The notes under the pieces are model-generated. The model made no database searches. It had not been told where the DNA came from and saw only the letters and a list, made by a program, of their open reading frames with translations. 44,471 bases of DNA from NCBI GenBank assembly GCA_036261925.1, contig DATAJW010000032.1, forward strand, positions 1 to 44,471, given 5' to 3'. This DNA is from Minisyncoccota bacterium. Its GTDB lineage: Bacteria; Patescibacteriota; Minisyncoccia; Phycocordibacterales; Phycocordibacteraceae. Made by a program: the position numbers and the translations under genes. This document shows positions 23,558 to 31,363 of the stretch, piece after piece; the stretch's first letter is position 1; every line of letters starts with the position of its first letter.

Positions 23558-24868
23558 ATGGCAGCAGCCGAGGGAGCGAACTTCATCGTCGAGGGCGGCA
23601 CGCCCCTGTCCGGGTCGATAGAGACCAACTGCTCGAAGAACGGCGCGGTCGCACTCCTCGCCGCATCGCTGCTCAACAAGGGGACGACGACGCTCCTGAA
23701 CGTCCCGAAGATAGAGGAGGTCAACCGGCTCGTCGAGGTGCTGCGCTCCATCGGCGTCTCTTGCGAGTGGGACGACCACACCCTCGTCATCGTACCGCCC
23801 GAGACCCTGTCCCTCGATTCCATCGATACCGAGGCCGCAGCGCGCACGCGCAGCATCCTCATGTTCATCGGCCCGCTCCTCCACCTCTTCCCCACCTTCG
23901 ATATCCCGCAATCGGGCGGCTGCCACCTGGGCCTGCGTTCCGTGCGACCGCACCTCTGGGCGCTCGAGCGGTTCGGCGTCGCCATCGAAGCGCTGACCGA
24001 CCGGTTCCAGGTGACGAGCGACGGGCTCGCCCCTGCCGAGGTCGTGCTCTACGAGTCGAGCGATACCGCGACCATCAACTCCCTCTTCGCCGCCGCGCGC
24101 CTTTCGGGCACCTCCGTCATCAAGTACGCCTCCGCCAACTACCAGGTGCAGGAGGTCTGCGGATACCTAGCGGCGCTCGGCGTCACGGTCGACGGGCTCG
24201 GCACCACCACGCTCACCGTCACCGGCGTGCCGGATATCGCGGTCGACGTGACGTACTCCGTCGCCGAGGACCCGATAGATGCCATGTTCTTCATCACCGC
24301 CGCCATCGTGACCGAGAGCGCGCTCACCGTGCGCCGCGTCCCTATCGAGTTCCTCGAGGTCGAGCTCGCCGTGCTCGAGAAGATGGGCCTCAATTTCAGC
24401 ATCGAGATGCGCGGCGTCTCGGGCAACGGCATCACCAAGCTCGCCGACCTCGCGCTCGAGCCGTCGAAGCTCGTCGCGTTCCCCGAGAAGATACACGCCC
24501 GCCCGTATCCGGGACTCAATATCGATAACCTCCCCTTCTTCGCCGTCATCGCCGCGAAAGCCGATGGCGTCACCCTCATCCATGACTGGGTGTACGAGAA
24601 GCGCGCCATCTATTACACCGAGCTCGACCGCCTCGGCGCCGAGACCGTCCTCATGGACCCGCACCGCATCCAGATAACCGGCCCGCGCCACTTCCGCGGT
24701 GCGGAGCTCGTCTCCCCGCCGGCGCTCCGGCCGGCGACCATCCTCCTCATCGGCATGTTAGCCGCCGAAGGCCGCTCCATGCTCCGCAACGTCTACAGCA
24801 TCAACCGCGGCTACGAGGACCTTGTCCCCCGCTTGCAAAGCATCGGCGCGCGCATTGAGCACGCGTAA
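23558..24868 (+). CDS. murA: UDP-N-acetylglucosamine 1-carboxyvinyltransferase
   Basis: N-terminus aligns with MurA (FIVEGGTPLSGSIETNCSKNGAVALLAASLL) and the active-site loop has Cys (QSGGCHLGLRSVRPH). Start at MAAAEG with TACAAT 9 nt upstream. Confidence 0.9.
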   Translation: MAAAEGANFIVEGGTPLSGSIETNCSKNGAVALLAASLLNKGTTTLLNVPKIEEVNRLVEVLRSIGVSCEWDDHTLVIVPPETLSLDSIDTEAAARTRSILMFIGPLLHLFPTFDIPQSGGCHLGLRSVRPHLWALERFGVAIEALTDRFQVTSDGLAPAEVVLYESSDTATINSLFAAARLSGTSVIKYASANYQVQEVCGYLAALGVTVDGLGTTTLTVTGVPDIAVDVTYSVAEDPIDAMFFITAAIVTESALTVRRVPIEFLEVELAVLEKMGLNFSIEMRGVSGNGITKLADLALEPSKLVAFPEKIHARPYPGLNIDNLPFFAVIAAKADGVTLIHDWVYEKRAIYYTELDRLGAETVLMDPHRIQITGPRHFRGAELVSPPALRPATILLIGMLAAEGRSMLRNVYSINRGYEDLVPRLQSIGARIEHA

Positions 24869-24910
24869 TCCTTCACTTTCGTACTCTCTGTCCACTGCTA
24901 GAATGGCCCC

Positions 24911-25201
24911 ATGAGAGCCATCGGCGATTTCCTTCCCAAGGACTGGGACAAGAAGAGCGAGAAGTCCCGCAAAACCGAGCGCGGCGAGCTTATGCGCTTC
25001 TTCGTCCGGCACCTCAACTACTCCCGCGCCGAGGACGGACTGCCGAAACTCACCATGTCCCGCATGGGCCGCATCCTCGAGGGCATCCCGACCGAGGACC
25101 TCTACTACCTGAAAGCGGTCACGAGCCGCGCCAAGAATTTCAGCAAGAAGTTCTGGTGGGAGGTGGACCCGGAAAAGCATATCGAGAAGGAGCCGTTCTA
25201 G
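24911..25201 (+). CDS. hypothetical basic protein (96 aa)
   Basis: TGcTAGAAT extended -10 ends 6 nt before the ATG. No motif recognised. Confidence 0.55.
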   Translation: MRAIGDFLPKDWDKKSEKSRKTERGELMRFFVRHLNYSRAEDGLPKLTMSRMGRILEGIPTEDLYYLKAVTSRAKNFSKKFWWEVDPEKHIEKEPF

Positions 25202-25204
25202 CTA

Positions 25205-25233
25205 TTGACGCCAGCGGCGTCTCGGCGTACAGT
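25205..25233 (+). promoter_or_regulatory. sigma70-like promoter TTGACG-17-TACAGT
   Basis: TTGACG 25205-25210, 17-nt spacer, TACAGT 25228-25233, starting 4 nt after the upstream stop codon. Confidence 0.55.
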
Positions 25234-25238
25234 ATTCT

Positions 25239-25462
25239 GCACCTCCAGCTCCGGGAGGTGGTGTCCCTCTGGGAGTCGGATGCTCGGACAGCAGGTATAG
25301 GTTAATTATGAACCGAAAGCCGATCGCTCGATGACGCCGACGCACGGAGAAACGCTAGGGGCAGCCCCTAGAACGCGTGCCCGCTGAGCATTCAGCCCCC
25401 GAACCGCCCCGCTCGCGGGCACGCACCTTCCGCACCGGACTTCGTTCCGGTGCTTTCTTTTT
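25239..25462 (+). ncRNA. structured ~225-nt RNA (stand-alone sRNA or def-fmt leader/attenuator), class unknown
   Basis: 5' hairpin CACCTCC/GGAGGTG (25240-25260). Long-range pairing of GGATGCTCGG (25278-25287) with CTGAGCATTC (25383-25392). Hairpin CTAGGGG-CAG-CCCCTAG (25355-25371) closed by GCACG/CGTGC. Terminal GCACCGGA/TCCGGTGC stem plus TTTCTTTTT (25432-25462). Confidence 0.45.
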
Positions 25463-25489
25463 ACCCCTATCCTGCTACCGTATTTCCAT

Positions 25490-26026
25490 ATGAAGCCCAT
25501 CGTACAGGACGGCGACCCGGTTCTCCGCGGCATCGCCGCACCCGTACCCGAAGAGCTGTTCGGGAGCGCCGAGCTCGCGGAGATGCTCAAGGACATGGCC
25601 GAGGCGCTCGATGCGGAGCCGGATGGCGTCGCTATCGCGGCACCCCAGATAGGTCTGCCCTACCGCATCTTCCTCGCGCGCTACGACCGCATCGCGCCGC
25701 CTCCCCCGGAAGGCGCTCCCGCGCTCACTGCCGATATCGGCGTCTATATCAATCCCGAGATCACCCGCGCCTCGCAGCGTCGGCTCCCGATGGACGAGGG
25801 CTGCCTCTCCGTCCGCGGCCTTTACGGCACCACCCTGCGCCATGACCGCGCGACCGTCAGGGCACGGAAGGAGGACGGGAGTTCCTTCGAGCGCGGCGGC
25901 GGCGGCATACTCGCCCAGATATTCCAGCACGAGACAGATCACCTCAACGGCATGCTCTTCATCGACCACGCGACCGACATCCGTGAAGCGCAGCCGCGCG
26001 CCGACCAGCATGAGCCGGAAATGTAA
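25490..26026 (+). CDS. def: peptide deformylase
   Basis: The three PDF motifs are present: GVAIAAPQIG, EGCLSVRG and HETDHLNG. Confidence 0.95.
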   Translation: MKPIVQDGDPVLRGIAAPVPEELFGSAELAEMLKDMAEALDAEPDGVAIAAPQIGLPYRIFLARYDRIAPPPPEGAPALTADIGVYINPEITRASQRRLPMDEGCLSVRGLYGTTLRHDRATVRARKEDGSSFERGGGGILAQIFQHETDHLNGMLFIDHATDIREAQPRADQHEPEM

Positions 26027-26858
26027 GTTCCTCTTCTTCGGGACGCCGTACGTGGCGCGCGATACGCTCGCCATGCTCATGGACGCCGGCTACGTTCCCG
26101 AAGCCGTCGTCACCTCCCCGGATGCGCCGCGCGGGCGCGGCCTCGCCCTCGCCCCGTCCGAGACGGCAGCATGGGCCGACGAACGCGGTCTCCGCGTCCT
26201 CAAGCCCGAGACGCTTACGAGCGGCGTCATCGAGGAATTGCAGGCGTACGGTGCCGAGTACGCTATCGTCGTCGCGTACGGCAAGATACTGCCCCGGAAG
26301 CTCATCGATGCGTTCCCGAAGGGCGTGCTCAATATCCACTATTCCCTCCTGCCGAAGTATCGCGGCGCCTCGCCCGTCGAGCGTGCGCTCCTCGATGGCG
26401 AGACCGTCACCGGCGTCACCGTGCAGCGCATGGTATTCAAGCTCGACGCCGGCGACGTGCTCGCGGCGAGGGAAGAAGCGATCCTCCCGGACGATACGAC
26501 GCGCACGCTCCGCGCGCGGCTCATCCCGCTCGGCGCGCGGCTGCTGGTCGATACGCTTCCCGCGTTCGAGGACGGCATACTCTCCGGAACTCCCCAGGAC
26601 GAGGGCGCAGCGACCTTCTCCGGAAAGATAGACAAGAAGGATGGCGAACTGGCGCTTCCCGGGAACGACCAGGAGAACTGGAGCAAGTATCGCGCGTACG
26701 CTGAATCTCCCGGTACGTATTTCTTCGCCGAGCGGGGCGGCAAGACCGTGCGCGTGAAGATAGTCACCGCCGCGTTCGAGAACGGCCGTTTCATCCCCGT
26801 ACGCGTCGTCCCCGAAGGCAAGAAGGAGATGGCGTACGCCGACTTCGTCCGTGCATAG
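26010..26858 (+). CDS. fmt: methionyl-tRNA formyltransferase
   Basis: FFGTPYVA N-terminus, NIHYSLLPKYRGASPV (HxSLLPxxRG motif) and a C-terminal Fmt domain. Start at 26010 overlaps def by 17 nt; the track ORF over-extends to 25842. Confidence 0.9.
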   Translation: MSRKCKFLFFGTPYVARDTLAMLMDAGYVPEAVVTSPDAPRGRGLALAPSETAAWADERGLRVLKPETLTSGVIEELQAYGAEYAIVVAYGKILPRKLIDAFPKGVLNIHYSLLPKYRGASPVERALLDGETVTGVTVQRMVFKLDAGDVLAAREEAILPDDTTRTLRARLIPLGARLLVDTLPAFEDGILSGTPQDEGAATFSGKIDKKDGELALPGNDQENWSKYRAYAESPGTYFFAERGGKTVRVKIVTAAFENGRFIPVRVVPEGKKEMAYADFVRA

Positions 26859-26887
26859 GAACACCCCGCCGGGGGCGGGGTGTTCCT
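26857..26887. terminator. bidirectional hairpin between fmt and hpf
   Basis: AGGAACACCCCGCC / GGG / GGCGGGGTGTTCCT, a 14-bp perfect stem. Confidence 0.65.
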
Positions 26888-26923
26888 CTCTCCGGCCTCT
26901 CTTCCTGCTTTCGGCTTCCCCTC

Positions 26924-27295
26924 CTACGACTGCGTCCCGAAACCGCGCATCATCCCCTTGAGCATGACGCCACCCTTGCGCACCATGCTGATATGCCGCT
27001 TGCGCGCCGTATGGAGCGCGCTCGCGAGATCGCCCACCGCGCGGTCGATGGCGCTCTCGATGGTCTCCTCGACCGCTTTCGCATAGAAGCGGGTGCCATC
27101 GGCATCGAAATTGATATCGACATACCATATCCTCCCCGTCTGGTGCGCTTCCGTTTCCTTGCCGATATCGACGTACGCCCGGGCATACTCGTTGCCCTTC
27201 CCGAGGTATTTCCGCAGTCCCTCCAATTTCTTCTGCGCATGGGCGGTATGTTCCGAAGTGAGCTCGTAATTGGTGCCTTTGAAGTGGATCTGCAT
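26924..27295 (-). CDS. hpf: ribosome hibernation promoting factor (short HPF/RaiA family)
   Basis: MQIHFKGTNYELTSEHTAHAQKKLEGL..., typical of the sigma54-modulation/HPF fold. Confidence 0.88.
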   Translation of the reverse strand: MQIHFKGTNYELTSEHTAHAQKKLEGLRKYLGKGNEYARAYVDIGKETEAHQTGRIWYVDINFDADGTRFYAKAVEETIESAIDRAVGDLASALHTARKRHISMVRKGGVMLKGMMRGFGTQS

Positions 27296-27334
27296 AGGGC
27301 CAATGATTTATGTGTCGAGTAACTCCGGCTCATT

Positions 27335-27577
27335 CTACGGACTCATGCCGAAGGTTCGATGAAGATAGTCGATGATGTCGCCCGATTCGTACATGGAGAC
27401 GTCATGCTCATGGTCGATGAGGTAGGGCATCTGCAGCTTTCCGCCTGCCGCTATCAACTCTTCGGCCACTCCGTCGTCGTAGATGCTCTTCACGTCAGGC
27501 TCGAGGCCGAGCTCCTCCGCGGCATGGAGCACATTCGCGCAGTAAGGGCATCCGGGCTTGATGAAGAGCGTCAGCAT
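27335..27577 (-). CDS. glutaredoxin
   Basis: 80 aa with a CPYC active site (IKPGCPYCANV) and a thioredoxin-fold layout. Confidence 0.9.
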   Translation of the reverse strand: MLTLFIKPGCPYCANVLHAAEELGLEPDVKSIYDDGVAEELIAAGGKLQMPYLIDHEHDVSMYESGDIIDYLHRTFGMSP

Positions 27578-27630
27578 GGTCGTTTCCCTAAGTATACCCG
27601 CACGCTGACGTTCTATGAATGTTGGTATAG

Positions 27631-27659
27631 CAAAACCCGCAGCCGGTGAGGGCTGCGGG
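27631..27659 (-). terminator. intrinsic terminator after the DUF1653-like gene
   Basis: CCCGCAGCC / 6-nt loop / GGCTGCGGG. On the minus strand it is followed by TTTTG. Confidence 0.7.
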
Positions 27660-27673
27660 CACGGAGTGCGCCC

Positions 27674-28078
27674 CTAGGGCCTCCATTCGAGCTTCTGCAG
27701 CTCATTCGCGTACTCGTGCGGCGATAGCGGCCGCATAAGGATGAAGCGCGGTCCTGCGTAGCTGGCGCGCTTAACCGGGACCAGAAACCCGTTCTGCCAC
27801 GCGAGCAGCGGGCGATGGGCCGGTGTCCCGCGCTTCTCGCCATAGTACGAACGATAGTCGACCCGATATTCCTTCGAGTCGACGTCGGACGAATAACCGC
27901 TCACCAGATACAGCTTCTCGCCGGCTTCCAGGGAGCTCTTGAAGTGCCGATAGATGCCGCGCCGTACCGTGAGCGCTATCAGGCGCTCCGCCTCCACGGT
28001 TTCGCCTTGCGCGAGCAGATCGAGAATGTACAGCCACGCGCTCTTTTCCTGCGCGTAGACGTCGGATAAGTCCTGCAT
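27674..28078 (-). CDS. DUF1653-like protein (134 aa)
   Basis: GIYRHFK ... VDYRSYYGE ... HRPLLAW ... PRFILM mirrors the DUF1653 signature GIYRHYKG..VVYRxLYG..RPL..PRF (recalled from memory). GGAGGTGA SD is present. Confidence 0.55.
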   Translation of the reverse strand: MQDLSDVYAQEKSAWLYILDLLAQGETVEAERLIALTVRRGIYRHFKSSLEAGEKLYLVSGYSSDVDSKEYRVDYRSYYGEKRGTPAHRPLLAWQNGFLVPVKRASYAGPRFILMRPLSPHEYANELQKLEWRP

Positions 28079-28130
28079 GAATCACCTCCTCGCCCACCCT
28101 ACCCTCCTCCACCGCACCGTCAATCCCGCA

Positions 28131-28158
28131 TTGCCGAATCAGCGTTTTGGGCTAGAAT
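28131..28158 (+). promoter_or_regulatory. tRNA promoter TTGCCG-16-TAGAAT
   Basis: TTGCCG 28131-28136, 16-nt spacer, TAGAAT 28153-28158, about 30 nt upstream of the tRNA 5' end. Confidence 0.6.
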
Positions 28159-28189
28159 ACAGGGGCTCCCGCAAGGGGGCGCTACACAT

Positions 28190-28583
28190 TCCGCGGTAGC
28201 TCAGCGGTAGAGCAGTCGACTGTCAAAGGCAGCTTTCAGGGGTAACCCTGATCGAAAAGGAGGTGAACTGCTGGAAGCCCTAACGAGCAAGACGAGGGTA
28301 ATCAGCAGCCAAGCGTGTCCCCAGTATTTTGGGGTCCCCATTCCGATGGGGAGACGAGCGGCGGATCGCGTTAGTGAGGATGCATCATCCAAACGAGAGC
28401 GAATCCGGTAAGCGAGTCCATGAAGGTTCAGAGACTATCCCGTATGGGAGTACATCTGCGAAAGCGGCTGGAAGCGCCTCCCACCCTAATTCGTAAGAAT
28501 GGGTGATGATATAGTCCACCCTTTTCGGAAACGAGAAGATACGTGTAATCGATCGGTCGCAGGTTCGAATCCTGCCCGCGGAG
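28190..28583 (+). tRNA. tRNA-Asn (GUU) interrupted in the anticodon loop by a group I intron (exons 28190-28223 and 28546-28583)
   Basis: Acceptor TCCGCGG/CCGCGGA with discriminator G (U1-A72/G73, as in E. coli tRNA-Asn). D arm GCTC..GAGC; T arm GCAGG-TTCGAAT-CCTGC. The spliced anticodon arm is GTCGA-CTGT|TAA-TCGAT, giving loop CUGUUAA. Confidence 0.85.
28224..28545 (+). ncRNA. group I self-splicing intron (322 nt, no ORF)
   Basis: P1 pairs CTGT (28220-28223) with GCAG (28229-28232), with a U-G pair at the 5' splice site. P2 is TCAGGG-GUAA-CCCTGA. P/Q pairing is CTGCTG (28268-28273) with CAGCAG (28303-28308). R element GTTCAGAGACTATC (28426-28439); S element ATGATATAGTCC (28506-28517); P7 is GACTAT/ATAGTC. 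There are several GNRA loops and the intron ends in G (28545). Confidence 0.85.
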
Positions 28584-28589
28584 CAAACA

Positions 28590-28620
28590 GAAAAGCACCC
28601 ATACGGTGCTTTTCTCGTTC
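28590..28620 (+). terminator. intrinsic terminator after tRNA-Asn
   Basis: GAAAAGCACC / CATAC / GGTGCTTTTC followed by TCGTTCC. Confidence 0.65.
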
Positions 28621-28690
28621 CTGAAAATGGTGGTTGACCCTGTTCCCCTTGGGAAAATCACCCTTCCGGGTGATTTTCAGTATTGGAAAC

Positions 28691-29794
28691 CTATCGCTTC
28701 GCGTGTTCCGCCAAGCATTCCGCATACACCTCCTCGAGCTGGTCCACCATGCGGCCATGGAAGAACTGCGCGGTCATGAGCTCCTTTCCGGCACGGCCGA
28801 AGCGCTGCCGCATAGCCGCATCCTGGAGGAGCGTTATGATGCGCGAGACGAATGCCGGACCGTCATGCTTGGTGACGACGAATCCCGTGACGCCATCGAG
28901 CACCACCTGCGGCGTGCCGCGCGGGCGCGTGCCGATGACCGGAAGGCCCGCAGCCATCGCCTCGAGCACGGCCATGCCCTGCCCCACGCTCGGCGTGCAG
29001 AATATATCGGCGATCTGGAGATACGGGTCCACGACGGTCGTCGCGTCGACGAATGCGATGGACGCATCGAGCGCGAGCGCACGCGCCTGTTCCTCGAGGC
29101 GACCCTTCTCCGGTCCGTCCCCCACGATGATGAGCTTCGCGTCGGGCACCGCTTCCCGCACTTGCGGGAACCACTCGATCAGCTCCGCATGGTTCTTCCC
29201 GCGCTCGAGACGCGATACCGATACCAGCACCGGGTCGCCTTTCCGTATGCCGAGGCGCGTCCGGAGCGCTGCGCGCTCTTCCTCGGACAGGCTCGGTCCG
29301 GCCGGGCTCATGCCGTTGTAGATCAGGCTAAGCTTGCCCTTCTCTACGCCGTTGGCGCAGAGTTCGTCCACGAGCCAGTCGACGACCGTGACCACCTTGT
29401 CCGAGTAGCGGTTGATGACCGAACCGAGCGTCAGGAGCTCCTTGCGCGTGTAGCCATGCGCCGTCTTCACGATAGGCACGCCCGTCACGAAGCGCGCGAG
29501 GTACGCCGCCCGGCTCGATTCGAGCTTCTGCGCATGGATGAGGACGATGCGCTCCTCGAGGCAGACGCGGACCATCTGGAACGCGCCGTAGAGCACGCCG
29601 AAGAGGCCATGCTCGAAGAAGGCGCGCACGAAGCGGATATCCGGATGGAATCGCTCGCGGAACGGCCCCTGGTTCGCGAGCACCACGACGCGGTGGCCGC
29701 GCGCATGGAGCTCGTTGGCGACGAGGACCGTGTACTTCTCCGCACCGCCTACATTCAGGTTCTCGGTGACGATGAGTATGGGATAGGTGCGCAT
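28691..29794 (-). CDS. glycosyltransferase family 4 (GT-B)
   Basis: N-terminal VGGAEKY motif and C-terminal E(x7)E-type region (PSVGQGMAVLEAMAAGLPVIGT). Start taken at MRTYPILIV (29794); the ORF is open to 29824. Confidence 0.85.
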   Translation of the reverse strand: MRTYPILIVTENLNVGGAEKYTVLVANELHARGHRVVVLANQGPFRERFHPDIRFVRAFFEHGLFGVLYGAFQMVRVCLEERIVLIHAQKLESSRAAYLARFVTGVPIVKTAHGYTRKELLTLGSVINRYSDKVVTVVDWLVDELCANGVEKGKLSLIYNGMSPAGPSLSEEERAALRTRLGIRKGDPVLVSVSRLERGKNHAELIEWFPQVREAVPDAKLIIVGDGPEKGRLEEQARALALDASIAFVDATTVVDPYLQIADIFCTPSVGQGMAVLEAMAAGLPVIGTRPRGTPQVVLDGVTGFVVTKHDGPAFVSRIITLLQDAAMRQRFGRAGKELMTAQFFHGRMVDQLEEVYAECLAEHAKR

Positions 29795-30024
29795 GGCGTT
29801 CTGTCTCATATGCAGGAAAGTCACCGGCGGCGGTGACTCGTATAGGCATGTATTCTAATAGTTTCTTCATAAAATGTCAATACCCTCGCTGGCCCGGATT
29901 GTGGGAACGCGCTTACGGGAGAGCGCCCGGGTGACTGGCGCTGCGTCCGCTCCGCTCCGGCATATATGAGAAATATCCGGCGCATAGTATGGTGTACGTA
30001 CCCATTAGCATCTATCGAACCGAT

Positions 30025-30141
30025 ATGTCAGCAAACAGCCATGGCGTGAGCCCCAAGAAGCCTCGCAAGAGCCCGCCGAAGACCAAGAAGCGCCTCGAGA
30101 TAAATGCAGCGCGCCAAGCAGCGCAGAAACGGGGACGATAA
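30025..30141 (+). CDS. candidate mini-ORF, very basic 38 aa (MSANSHGVSPKKPRKSPPKTKKRLEINAARQAAQKRGR)
   Basis: ATG-to-TAA frame read by hand, below the track cutoff. It is followed by a 12-bp hairpin (30154-30185). No SD and no homology support. Confidence 0.25.
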   Translation: MSANSHGVSPKKPRKSPPKTKKRLEINAARQAAQKRGR

Positions 30142-30229
30142 TCCCCTCCAGCCGAACGGCCGTCCGATCCATCGGGCGGCCGTTCTCCTATCTGCGCGCA
30201 TGGCGCGGAGCGTATGCAATACTTACCCC

Positions 30230-31363
30230 ATGGCATACGGCAATCCGCTCGTCCCCGACGACGACCTGCGCCGCGACGCGGCGAACGACAACGCGAAAGC
30301 CCTCGAGCGCGCGCGGCTCCAGGAGGAGTCGCGCAAGCGGCAGCATGCCGCGAGGGTGGCGAGCGAGACCGCGAAGCTCGAAGCGGAGGTCAGGCGCGCG
30401 GAGACCGCCATCCGCGCGATAGATACCGAGCTCGAGCGGCTCGATCGCACGCTTCGGACGGCCGCACGCACGAAGCGCACGGCGCCACGGACAGCGCACG
30501 GCGCCGAGAACGAAGAGCGGCTCATCCGCGCCATCAAGGACGAGCTCGCCGACGATGAGCGGGAGGAGCGCGCGGCGAAGGCGGAGCTCGATGAGCGCGA
30601 GCGGAAGCTCGCGGAACTCAAGCGCGGGAGCCGGACCGCGGAAGAAGCGGCCAAGGAGCGCGAACGGGCGCAGCGGGCGCGCACCGAGAAGGAGACGCGG
30701 CTCCGGGCGCTCGCGCGCGACATCGAGCGCATCGAGCGCGAGCGTGACCATGCGAAACCCGTCGTCCGCACCGTCGCTTCCGGGCGTCCTGACGCAGCGC
30801 GCGAAGAAGCGGCCATACGCGCCCTCGCCCAGAAGCTCGAGGAACTGGAGCGGCAGGAGCGTGAGCTCAAGCGCGAGCTCGACGAGCATCGCCGCCTGCT
30901 CCGCCAGGCCGCGAACGACGACAGCGCGTCCGCGACGGATGCCGCGCAGGAGCGCCGGCAGCATGAAGACGCGCTGCGGCGGCTTTCTTCCGAGAAGGCC
31001 GCGCTCGAGCGCGAGGTCGGTGACCTCGCGCGCGCGTCCGCGAAGCGCGCCGCGGGCAGCCCGGAGGAGATCGCGCGCGCCATCGAGGAAGAGGAGCGCG
31101 CGATCCGCACGCTCCGCGAACGTCATGAGCGCCTCGAGCGGGAGGAACGGGCGCTTACGGAGAAGCTCGAGGAGCACAGTCGCAGCAAGCGCGACCTCGA
31201 GCGGGAGGAACGTGAGGCTGCGGATGCGCTCCGCGCATCGGAAACGGCCGGACAGACGGCCGAGGCCCGCAAGAAGGAGCGGGAACGCGAACGCGAACGC
31301 CTCGAGCGCGATGTCGAGGCGTTGAAGCGGAAGATGGACGCGCTTGCGCGCGAGGCGGCATAG
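30230..31363 (+). CDS. E/R/A-rich coiled-coil protein with about three internal repeats
   Basis: Longest frame in a region open in several frames. Heptad-like charged sequence with a recurring EExxIRAL...LEREERxL unit. The start is ambiguous (30104, 30200 or 30230). Confidence 0.6.
   Translation: MAYGNPLVPDDDLRRDAANDNAKALERARLQEESRKRQHAARVASETAKLEAEVRRAETAIRAIDTELERLDRTLRTAARTKRTAPRTAHGAENEERLIRAIKDELADDEREERAAKAELDERERKLAELKRGSRTAEEAAKERERAQRARTEKETRLRALARDIERIERERDHAKPVVRTVASGRPDAAREEAAIRALAQKLEELERQERELKRELDEHRRLLRQAANDDSASATDAAQERRQHEDALRRLSSEKAALEREVGDLARASAKRAAGSPEEIARAIEEEERAIRTLRERHERLEREERALTEKLEEHSRSKRDLEREEREAADALRASETAGQTAEARKKERERERERLERDVEALKRKMDALAREAA

Noticed and set aside
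25239-25462. Assigning the def-upstream RNA to a known family (SRP/4.5S, 6S, tmRNA, RNase P, ZTP, THF), or treating ATGAACCGAAAGCCGATCGCTCGATGA (25308-25334, MNRKPIAR) as a leader peptide.
   Set aside because: None of the diagnostic sequences is present: no GGAAGCAGC-type SRP domain IV, no tRNA-like end with tag ORF, no RNase P P4 strands, and no ZTP GGGUCGUG...CCGCCUGGGC. The 8-codon frame has no SD and no obvious regulatory codon bias. The class is left as unknown.
28215-28226. Reading the uninterrupted genomic loop CTGTCAA as a tRNA-Asp(GUC) anticodon loop.
   Set aside because: No complementary 3' anticodon-stem strand follows it; AGGCA cannot pair with GTCGA. The matching TCGAT, variable loop, T arm and acceptor lie 322 nt downstream. 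The acceptor identity (U1-A72, G73) fits Asn. A Thr(UGU) splice alternative lacks a P1 helix.
28201-28758. Track ORFs inside and across the intron (28201-28392, 28428-28661, 28486-28758), considered as a possible homing endonuclease.
   Set aside because: They are on the strand opposite the tRNA and intron, are short, carry no LAGLIDADG, GIY-YIG or HNH motif, and overlap conserved intron core helices. The intron appears to be ORF-less.
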